NCBI GenBank assembly: GCA_016177845.1
Contig: JACOUO010000011.1
Coordinates: 512,326-576,325 of the forward strand
DNA from: Deltaproteobacteria bacterium
GTDB lineage: Bacteria > Desulfobacterota > GWC2-55-46
Direction: 5' to 3'
DNA length: 64,000 bases
Below are positions 29,039 to 36,704 of this stretch, piece after piece (position 1 is the first letter of the stretch; each line of letters starts with the position of its first letter). The notes under the pieces are model-generated. The model saw only the letters and a program-made list of their open reading frames with translations, had not been told where the DNA came from and ran no database searches. The position numbers were made by a program, and so were the translations under genes.

Positions 29039-30751
29039 TCAACCGCATGTTACCCTGTTTACCTCTTTGAGCGTCGTTTTTCCGTTTAAGGCATTATCAA
29101 TGGCCTTAAGCCTTAAAGAGTTCATGCTGCTTTCAGTCACTTTCCTTTTAAGATTCGATATATTATTGGCGGCTATAGCCTCCCTTATCTCTTCGTCCAG
29201 TTCAAGAAGCTCGATTATCGCCTTTCTCCCGCGGTAGCCTGTATTGCTGCACTTCCTGCAGCCCTTTCCCTCATAGAAGGTCTTACCTGAATACTCCTTT
29301 TTATCGAGCCCCGCTTCAATAAGCTCTGCCTCGGTTATCTTAAGAGGAGCCTTGCATTCATCACAGATAATCCTTATGAGCCTCTGTGAAAGTATGCAGT
29401 TAAGCGATGAGGCAAAATTATACGGGTCAACCCCCATATGTATGAACCTTCCGATGGCATCAAAGATATTATTGGCCCGTGCTGTCGTAAAGAGGGCATG
29501 GCCGCTTATGGCGGTATTTACTGCAAGCTGGGCTGTTTCAGGGTCGCGTATCTCCCCTACCATTATCTTATCAGGGTCATGCCTTAAAATGGAATTAAGC
29601 CCGCTTGCAAATGTAATCCCCTTCTTGTCATCCACATGTACCTGAACCGCGCCTTTAAGCTCATACTCCACAGGGTCTTCGATTGTAAGTATCTTATGCT
29701 CGCCGCTGTTTATCTCGGAAAGCGCTGCGTAAAGGGTTGTAGTCTTTCCGCTTCCGGCGGGCCCTGTCACCAAAGTCATTCCATACGGCTCCCAGACCTG
29801 CCTTCTGAATACAGCCAGTTCATCATCATTAAAGCCCAAAAGGTCCAGCCTGAACTCATTGGAATCCCCCGTAATATGACCTTTATCAAGTATCCTTACT
29901 ACGGCATCCTCTCCGTTTAACGCAGGGATGATAGATACCCTGAAGTCAATATTTTTATCCCTGAGCCTTAGTTTAAACCTTCCGTTCTGAGGTATTTTCT
30001 TCTCAGCTATGTCAAGCTCGCCTATCACCTTAAGTCTTGAGATTATCACCTGCTGAAATCTCTTCTCAACAGGCTCAACCATCCTGTGCAGCACTCCGTC
30101 TATCCTGTATTTGACTATAAGCCCGTCACGCGCTGATTCGAGGTGAATGTCGCTCGCCCTCTTTGAGACAGCATCATAGATTATCTTGTCAATGAGCCTT
30201 GCCGCAGGGCTTGAGCCTTCGGTTATCTTCTCAAGGGCGACTTCCTCCTGCTCTTCAGCCTCCCTCAAGACCTCCAGCCGCAGGTTCTCCGCAGTCTCTT
30301 CCATTCTTTCAAATCTGCTGCTTTGCACAAGCAGCCTTTCAATGGCGCTTTCAGGGGCGACTATAACTGTGCCTGGTGTCTGCCCCTTCTCCTCTATTAT
30401 CCTGCCGATGCTGTCGAGAGCCATTATGTTGGTGGGGTCTGAGGTTGCTATATAAGATACACCCTTCCTCTTTACGGGAACTACCCTTGATTTATGGAGC
30501 AGTTCAACCGGAATAAGCCTTAGCACCGCTTGATCGACCTCGGTTTCATCAGGCTTCATCACTTCCAGCCCGTATTGCTCGGCTATCCCTATGGCGAATT
30601 GGTTCTCATCTATAAAGCCGAGCCGCATGCAGGATTCTCCGAACCTGACTGAACTCTGCCTCGAATACTTCAGGGCCTCATATATCTGCTCAGGCTTGAT
30701 AAAATTTTTCTCAAGGAGAATATCGCCTAATTTATTCAGACCAAATATCAT
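29039..30751 (-). CDS. Type II secretion/type IV pilus assembly ATPase (GspE/PilB family)
   Basis: 570 aa. Has an N-terminal GSPII_E_N-like domain, Walker A GPAGSGKTT and a tetracysteine motif (CDECK...CRKCSNTG). Confidence 0.85.
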   Translation of the reverse strand: MIFGLNKLGDILLEKNFIKPEQIYEALKYSRQSSVRFGESCMRLGFIDENQFAIGIAEQYGLEVMKPDETEVDQAVLRLIPVELLHKSRVVPVKRKGVSYIATSDPTNIMALDSIGRIIEEKGQTPGTVIVAPESAIERLLVQSSRFERMEETAENLRLEVLREAEEQEEVALEKITEGSSPAARLIDKIIYDAVSKRASDIHLESARDGLIVKYRIDGVLHRMVEPVEKRFQQVIISRLKVIGELDIAEKKIPQNGRFKLRLRDKNIDFRVSIIPALNGEDAVVRILDKGHITGDSNEFRLDLLGFNDDELAVFRRQVWEPYGMTLVTGPAGSGKTTTLYAALSEINSGEHKILTIEDPVEYELKGAVQVHVDDKKGITFASGLNSILRHDPDKIMVGEIRDPETAQLAVNTAISGHALFTTARANNIFDAIGRFIHMGVDPYNFASSLNCILSQRLIRIICDECKAPLKITEAELIEAGLDKKEYSGKTFYEGKGCRKCSNTGYRGRKAIIELLELDEEIREAIAANNISNLKRKVTESSMNSLRLKAIDNALNGKTTLKEVNRVTCG

Positions 30752-30872
30752 GTCATTACCTTCCGAATGTCATTATATATCTTTTCGGCATAATTCAATA
30801 TTCTATTAGAATTAATTACTTTTTGCAATGTGGTTGATAATATTGAGTTTTTTAGGATTAAATTGATAGGGG

Positions 30873-30906
30873 AATAAAAAAGCCAACCGGGAAACCCTGA
30901 TTGGCT
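30873..30906 (-). terminator. Rho-independent terminator downstream of tRNA-Gly
   Basis: On the minus strand: AAAAAATCAA-agccaa-tcagggtttcccgg-ttggct-TTTTTATT. Confidence 0.45.
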
Positions 30907-30917
30907 TTGATTTTTTA

Positions 30918-30991
30918 TGGAGCGGGCGATGGGAATCGAACCCACGTCTAAAGCTTGGGAAGCTTTCATTCTACCATTGAACTACGCCCGC
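30918..30991 (-). tRNA. tRNA-Gly (anticodon CCC)
   Basis: The reverse complement reads GCGGGCGTAGTTCAATGGTAGAATGAAAGCTTCCCAAGCTTTAGACGTGGGTTCGATTCCCATCGCCCGCTCCA. This shows a cloverleaf, a 7-nt anticodon loop TTCCCAA, and an encoded CCA end. Confidence 0.9.
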
Positions 30992-31082
30992 AAGTTAGAT
31001 AATAAAATACCTAAAAAAAAATATTAGTCAAGTCCAAATGTAACCCTAAACACAATAGCAAAGGGAAGTTAATTCATTTTTG

Positions 31083-32768
31083 CTAGAGTATTAATTCTTC
31101 AATTTCAATAGGTGTAAACTCTTTATCTTTTGGAAGTTTTCCAAGAATTTGATTAACAAATTTAAATATTGGCATCGATTTACTTCTTTCCATATTCTTT
31201 GCAAACTCAAATGCTGATAAAGGTTTTCCTTTACTTTGGTCGTATATATAATTATGAGCTTGTTCAAAATTCCTTATGTGTACATATCTATGCGACAGCC
31301 CCGAACTGAAATTGTTCGCCAATACAACTCTATCCCATATTGATTGATTTAATTCCCAAGCACTATTCTTTCGAGGCGAACCATCTTTATTAAAAATAGT
31401 TTTTCCAGTAGAATCTTCTAAATAACGATCATCGCCATCATGGATTATATGTTGGCGAATTCGAAAGTGAGTAAGAATTTCCTGAAAAAATGGAATATTA
31501 TTTTTCGACCCTGTATTAAGAACAAATATGTCGGCAGTTGGTTCAATTTCCTCTAATAGCTCACGGACTACAATCGCCTCTGTATCGCCTTCTACCAAAA
31601 TAACATCATCAGAGAAAAATATTTCACACAGATGAGGATTAAACCTATTATTCATTTGAACCATTTTCTTACGCTCATCATTTATACCAAAAAGATTATC
31701 TCCGGCTTGGTAAACTGATATCCTGCGCGCCTCTCTTTGCAATCTAGCTAATGATGTATGGGGTTTGGAAAGATCTATAAGAGCAGGACTATGGGAAGCA
31801 CAAAGCACTTGAAATGGAGATTTATAACAAAGATTATATAAAGAGTTTTTAAGAAGAGAAATTGTTTTTGGATGTAAATAAATTTCAGGTTCTTCAAATA
31901 AAATAATAAAATCTTTACGAGCATCCTCAATGGTTTCTTTTACTAAGCCAAGAAAATTGAACATAGCCTGCCTTATTACTCCGCTACCTTGAGACAGTAT
32001 ATCTTGCTCAATCTCATTAAAATGTCCGTCTTTAATTGTTACTGCATATTCTTTTTCAAGTGACTTTAACAAATCAAATTTATCTTCATCAACGGGTTTG
32101 ATTGACATTTCTAATTCTGGAAATATTTTTTTAAAATTTTCATTTGCTTGATCTTCTATTTTTTTCAGCTTATCTGAAGAAACCAAATTTTCTTTAAGTT
32201 CTTTATATCTTTGCTGAAAATTTTTGCAAAAATTTTCTTCTTCATCCGAAAGTTTTTTAAGAACTGTTTTCTTTATTGTCTCACTAACAAATTTTGATAG
32301 ATCCTCTAGATTGGGCATTGCTGGAATTACAATAGGAGTTGGTGCGTGTTTTTTAAAATGTGACTCAAATCCTCCAAATCCATCTTCCAAAAAACGATTT
32401 ATAGTTGGATCATATGTACTTTTTTGACCTTCCGAATCAGTATCAACCCAAACTTTATTAAATTTAATTAAACCAGTACTATTTACCCATTTATTTAAAC
32501 CTTTTTCTTCGAATTCTTTTTCATCTCCGGTTTCTTTTTGAAAAATTGCCTCAATTTCAATAGGATTTTTCTTTGAGTATCCATGAAAATCATTTAAAGT
32601 TGCTTTCTGTTTTGGTTTAACTAGGTATTCATATGCTGTAAGTACTGTAGATTTACAAGCATTATTTTTACCAATAAGAAAAATGATATCTGAATTTAAA
32701 AATGAAATGGATACAGAAGTTGCGCCAATTCCTCGAAAATTCTTTACAGCAATTTCAACAAGCCTCAT
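31083..32768 (-). CDS. OLD-family ATP-dependent nuclease (N-terminal ABC/AAA_15-type ATPase plus C-terminal Toprim); candidate anti-phage defence protein
   Basis: 561 aa. P-loop LIGKNNACKST near the N-terminus. C-terminal Toprim signatures are LVEGDTE (Glu) and IIHDGDD (DxD). GC content is about 33% against about 50% in flanking genes. It is adjacent to tRNA-Gly. Confidence 0.8.
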   Translation of the reverse strand: MRLVEIAVKNFRGIGATSVSISFLNSDIIFLIGKNNACKSTVLTAYEYLVKPKQKATLNDFHGYSKKNPIEIEAIFQKETGDEKEFEEKGLNKWVNSTGLIKFNKVWVDTDSEGQKSTYDPTINRFLEDGFGGFESHFKKHAPTPIVIPAMPNLEDLSKFVSETIKKTVLKKLSDEEENFCKNFQQRYKELKENLVSSDKLKKIEDQANENFKKIFPELEMSIKPVDEDKFDLLKSLEKEYAVTIKDGHFNEIEQDILSQGSGVIRQAMFNFLGLVKETIEDARKDFIILFEEPEIYLHPKTISLLKNSLYNLCYKSPFQVLCASHSPALIDLSKPHTSLARLQREARRISVYQAGDNLFGINDERKKMVQMNNRFNPHLCEIFFSDDVILVEGDTEAIVVRELLEEIEPTADIFVLNTGSKNNIPFFQEILTHFRIRQHIIHDGDDRYLEDSTGKTIFNKDGSPRKNSAWELNQSIWDRVVLANNFSSGLSHRYVHIRNFEQAHNYIYDQSKGKPLSAFEFAKNMERSKSMPIFKFVNQILGKLPKDKEFTPIEIEELIL

Positions 32769-32899
32769 AAGATTTGCCCTTCTCTAATTTAATTATAAGT
32801 AAAAAATGAATGAAAATATTAATAACATCTTGAAGACAAAAAACAAAGTTAAAATTTATGAGCGACTAAGAATTTTCATAATTCCTTTATCCCCCTGCC

Positions 32900-32928
32900 T
32901 TGCGCGGTTATATGCCCTCTGATATACT
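32900..32928 (+). promoter_or_regulatory. Putative sigma-70 promoter for the 8-gene plus-strand operon
   Basis: TTGCGC-(17 nt)-TATACT, about 45 nt upstream of the aldehyde dehydrogenase ATG. A GGAGG ribosome-binding site precedes the ATG. Confidence 0.35.
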
Positions 32929-32973
32929 TTTTGGGGTATTCATATCAAAAAAATACAATCACAGGAGGGGTTT

Positions 32974-34464
32974 ATGGCGGTCATTAAGAACCTGATAAAC
33001 GGCAAATGGGTGGAGTCCGCATCAGGCAAGACCCTTAATAGCATCAACCCCGCGAATATAGATGAGGTTGTCGGAGTAGTGCCTGCCTCTTCCCGGCCTG
33101 ATGTGGATAAGGCGGTCGAGGCCGCACGGAACGCCTTTGAGAAATGGCGGCTAACCCCAGCCCCCAAAAGAGGCGAAATCCTCTTCAGGGCGGCTGAACT
33201 CATATCAAAGAACAAGGAAGAGCTTGGAAGGCTCGTTACAAGAGAGATGGGCAAGGTACTGCCCGAAGGGCTTGGCGATGTGCAGGAAGCAATCGACATG
33301 GCCTACTACATGGCAGGCGAAGGCAGGAGGCTTTCAGGTGAGACCGTACCTTCCGAACTGCCCTTTAAAGACTGCAAATCTGTCCGTGTTCCTATCGGCG
33401 TATTCGCCCTTATCACCCCCTGGAACTTCCCCACGGCAATTCCCGCGTGGAAGCTCTTTCCAGCCCTCATCAGCGGCAATACCGTAGTTTTCAAGCCTTC
33501 AAGCTATACCCCTGTAGCAGCAACAAGGCTTGTAGAACTGATAGTAGAGGCAGGCATCCCCGAAGGCGTATTGAACCTTATCCACGGGGCAGGAGAAGAG
33601 ATAGGAGAGTACCTTGCCACCCATCCGGGAATAGACGGGGTATCTTTCACAGGCTCAACAGCCGTGGGAGAAAAACTGGCCAAACTCTGCGGAGGGCTTG
33701 ATAAAGAGATATCATGCGAGATGGGCGGCAAAAACCCGATAATCGTCATGGAAGACGCAAAGCTTGACCTTGCCGTTGAGGGCGCAATCTGGGGAGGGTT
33801 TGGCACTACAGGGCAGAGGTGCACAGCCGCAAGCAGGCTCATAGTGCATGAAAAAATACATGATAAATTCCTTGAGATGTTCATCTCAGCCGCAAAGGGC
33901 TTAAAGCTTGGTGACGGGCTTAAGAGCGATACAAAGGTCGGCCCTGTGATAAATGAATCACAGATGAAGAAAGTCCTTGGCTATATCGAAATAGGCAAAA
34001 AAGAAGGCGCAAAGCTCACCCTCGGAGGAAGCGCCCGAACAGAAGGCGGATTAAAGAAAGGCTACTTTATCGAGCCTACCATCTTTACCGAGGTAAAGCC
34101 AAAGATGAGGGTAGCGCAGGAAGAGATATTCGGCCCGGTTGTCTCCATCATAAAGGCAAGAGACATATCAGATGCGATAAATATTGCCAATGGTATCCCG
34201 TACGGGCTCTCATCATCCATATATGCCCAGGATGTGAACTATACCGCTATCGCCGAAAGGGACCTTGACGCAGGCATCGTCTACATCAACGCCCCGACCA
34301 TAGGCGCAGAGATACAGCTCCCCTTCGGAGGGACGAAAAAGAGCGGGCTTGGGCGGAAAGAGGCAGGAGGAAGGGGCGGAGCCCTTGATATGTTCACAAA
34401 ATGGAAGGTAATCTACAGGGACTACAGCGGAAGGCTTCAAAAAGCGCAGATAGATAAAGAGTGA
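32974..34464 (+). CDS. NAD(P)-dependent aldehyde dehydrogenase (ALDH superfamily; semialdehyde or P5C dehydrogenase-like)
   Basis: 496 aa. Contains the catalytic Cys in GQRCTA, the Glu in EMGGKNP and a Rossmann motif GSTAVG. Confidence 0.9.
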   Translation: MAVIKNLINGKWVESASGKTLNSINPANIDEVVGVVPASSRPDVDKAVEAARNAFEKWRLTPAPKRGEILFRAAELISKNKEELGRLVTREMGKVLPEGLGDVQEAIDMAYYMAGEGRRLSGETVPSELPFKDCKSVRVPIGVFALITPWNFPTAIPAWKLFPALISGNTVVFKPSSYTPVAATRLVELIVEAGIPEGVLNLIHGAGEEIGEYLATHPGIDGVSFTGSTAVGEKLAKLCGGLDKEISCEMGGKNPIIVMEDAKLDLAVEGAIWGGFGTTGQRCTAASRLIVHEKIHDKFLEMFISAAKGLKLGDGLKSDTKVGPVINESQMKKVLGYIEIGKKEGAKLTLGGSARTEGGLKKGYFIEPTIFTEVKPKMRVAQEEIFGPVVSIIKARDISDAINIANGIPYGLSSSIYAQDVNYTAIAERDLDAGIVYINAPTIGAEIQLPFGGTKKSGLGRKEAGGRGGALDMFTKWKVIYRDYSGRLQKAQIDKE

Positions 34465-34575
34465 GCCATTATGAAATTCAAGGGGATTTTTCAGAAAACT
34501 TAAAACTTAAGCTGTAACTTTAGGGCTCTTTTTGTTATAATCCGCCTCAATCATATTTTCGCAAAGGAGGGTATT

Positions 34576-35082
34576 ATGGACCCAGTGCATTTTTCAGGGA
34601 AAGAGGTCCTTGAGATGGCCGTAAAGATCGAAGAGAACGGGCTTGTATTTTATACCGAAGCAAGCAAGGAAACACGGTCAATAGAGATAAAAGCTCTCTT
34701 CAAAATGCTTGCCGAAGAAGAAGGCCAGCATATAAAAGTATTTAAAAGACTTAGAGACCTTCTGGATGACGAAGAGTCAGCTACAGAAGCTTTTGACCCT
34801 TACTTAGCCCAGGCTTCAGACTACCTTAAGGCAATGGCGGATACAGAGGTATTCCCTGACCCTAAAAAAGAAGGCAAACGCCTCGCGACAACTGTATACG
34901 ATGAGAACGATGCGCTTGATGTGGCAATCGGCCTGGAAAAGGACTCATTGCTTTTCTATTACGAGCTCCAGAGGATGATAAACCAGAAGGATAAGCAAAT
35001 AGTCGAAGAGCTTATCAATCAGGAAAAGGAACACTTAAAGAAGCTCACCGGGCTGCAGCAGAAGATGTTCGGTTCAAATTAA
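34576..35082 (+). CDS. Ferritin-like diiron protein (rubrerythrin-like domain without a rubredoxin domain)
   Basis: 168 aa with two E-x(n)-EExxH-type motifs (EENGLVFYTEA...EEEGQHIK and EKDSLLFYYEL...QEKEHLKK), indicating a four-helix-bundle diiron site. Confidence 0.6.
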   Translation: MDPVHFSGKEVLEMAVKIEENGLVFYTEASKETRSIEIKALFKMLAEEEGQHIKVFKRLRDLLDDEESATEAFDPYLAQASDYLKAMADTEVFPDPKKEGKRLATTVYDENDALDVAIGLEKDSLLFYYELQRMINQKDKQIVEELINQEKEHLKKLTGLQQKMFGSN

Positions 35083-35108
35083 GAGAGAGATGAAAGGAGT
35101 CTTTTGGT

Positions 35109-35360
35109 ATGACGACACAGTATGTAAAGACTTATTCCTGCCCTACATGTTCAGGACTTGCAAGCGGAAGGGGGCACCTTTGCCACCCGAGCACGGAGAA
35201 CCTTCCATTCACCTGCGAATTCTGCGGTAAATCAGTCAACGACCCGAGGCATGTCTGCCCGACAATGGTGGACAAGCTTGAATATATCTGCAAGAAATGC
35301 GGCAGGCTCTCAATCTATGACACGCAGTTATGCGAGCCAGCTCCCATTGACGAGGAATAA
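35109..35360 (+). CDS. Small Cys-rich metal-binding protein (three CxxCG motifs; rubredoxin/zinc-ribbon-like)
   Basis: 83 aa: CPTCSG, CEFCGK and CKKCGR, plus HLCH, HVCP and LCEP. It is 26 nt downstream of the ferritin-like gene and is preceded by a GGAG ribosome-binding site. Confidence 0.5.
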   Translation: MTTQYVKTYSCPTCSGLASGRGHLCHPSTENLPFTCEFCGKSVNDPRHVCPTMVDKLEYICKKCGRLSIYDTQLCEPAPIDEE

Positions 35361-35429
35361 CGCCTCCCGGTGCTGATGGTTTTCTGGTCGGAGATAAAAA
35401 AAACCTTTGTTGCCGCAACCGGAAACTGA

Positions 35430-36704
35430 ATGAATGACGACATTATAAATAGAGCCCGAAAATATATTGCCCCTGCCCTTGTCTTCCACACTGAAATCGT
35501 TGCTAAAAGTTCAAACGGTATCTATGTGGAAGACATAGGCGGCAAGGTATATATGGACTTTTCCGCTGGGCTTGCCACTGCCAATGCAGGCCATTGCCCG
35601 TCTGAAGTAACCGAGGCGGCCAAGGCACAGATGGATAAGCTCATCCATTCAGGCTGCATTTTTTATTATGAATCTGAAGTAAACCTTGCAGAAAAGCTCG
35701 CCCGCATAACACCGGAAGGCATTGAAATGTTCTTTTTCTCAAACAGCGGGGCCGAAGCAGTCGAAGGGGCGGTAAAGCTTGCGAGATATGCAACAGGTAG
35801 ACAAGGCATCATAGCATTTACAGGCAGCTTCCACGGCAGGACAATGGGCGCATTAAGCCTTACTGCCTCAAGCTCAAAGTACAGGAAAAATTATCATTCG
35901 CTTCTGCCAAGCGTCTATCATGCTCCCTACCCTTACTGCTACAGGTGCCATATGGGGCAGAGCAGGATAGATTGCAAGACAGAATGCTTTGATTATCTTG
36001 AAAGGATACTCAGGTACCAGATATCTCCGCAGGAGGTAGCCTGCATTATTATTGAACCTGTTCTCGGCGAAGGCGGTTATATTGTACCTCCCGCTGATTT
36101 TATGGTAAAACTTAGAGACCTTTGCACAAAAGAAGGCATATTATTGATAGCTGATGAGGTGCAGAGCGGATTCGGCAGGACAGGAAAATGGTTCGCCATA
36201 GAACACTGCGGCATTGCCCCTGATATTATGACAATGGCAAAGGGGATAGCCTCAGGCTTTCCCTTAAGCGCGGTAGGCGCGCGTAAAGATATAATGTCCA
36301 AGTGGGCTCCGGGCGCGCACGGCACTACATTCGGGGGAAACCCTGTCTCATGCGCCGCAGCCTGCGCAACGATTGACAAGATAGAAAAAGAGTCCCTGCT
36401 TGATAACGCGATTAATGTAGGGCTGTACGCAATCAACCGCCTGCGTACTATTGCGGAGAACCACACCGCGATCGGGGATGTGCGCGGCCTTGGCCTGATG
36501 ATAGGGGTTGAGCTCATTAAACCGGACGGCAGTCCCGATAAGGAATTACTGGAACGAGTCATGAAAAGATGTTTAGAAAATGGGCTTATAATAATTGAGT
36601 GCGGGATTGACAAGAACATTGCCCGCATTATGCCTCCGCTGACCACAACCGAGTCTGAGATGAAAAAGGCCCTCGATATTTTTGAGGAGGCGCTTGTTGA
36701 TTAG
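35430..36704 (+). CDS. Class-III PLP-dependent aminotransferase (GABA/ornithine/acetylornithine aminotransferase-like)
   Basis: 424 aa. PLP-lysine region DIMTMAKGIASGFPLSAVG, plus GSFHGRT and DEVQSGFGRTG motifs. Confidence 0.85.
   Translation: MNDDIINRARKYIAPALVFHTEIVAKSSNGIYVEDIGGKVYMDFSAGLATANAGHCPSEVTEAAKAQMDKLIHSGCIFYYESEVNLAEKLARITPEGIEMFFFSNSGAEAVEGAVKLARYATGRQGIIAFTGSFHGRTMGALSLTASSSKYRKNYHSLLPSVYHAPYPYCYRCHMGQSRIDCKTECFDYLERILRYQISPQEVACIIIEPVLGEGGYIVPPADFMVKLRDLCTKEGILLIADEVQSGFGRTGKWFAIEHCGIAPDIMTMAKGIASGFPLSAVGARKDIMSKWAPGAHGTTFGGNPVSCAAACATIDKIEKESLLDNAINVGLYAINRLRTIAENHTAIGDVRGLGLMIGVELIKPDGSPDKELLERVMKRCLENGLIIIECGIDKNIARIMPPLTTTESEMKKALDIFEEALVD

Noticed and set aside
30748-30969. 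73-aa minus-strand ORF in the track
   Set aside because: It overlaps the tRNA-Gly gene and its terminator entirely. It is AT-rich with no ribosome-binding site, so it is a spurious ORF.
32769-32973. Searched for a direct repeat of the tRNA-Gly 3' end flanking the OLD gene (att-site duplication)
   Set aside because: No repeat was found by eye. In addition the OLD gene lies on the 5' side of the tRNA rather than the 3' side, so a classic tRNA-integrated island with an integrase is not supported. The islet may be a remnant or acquired another way.
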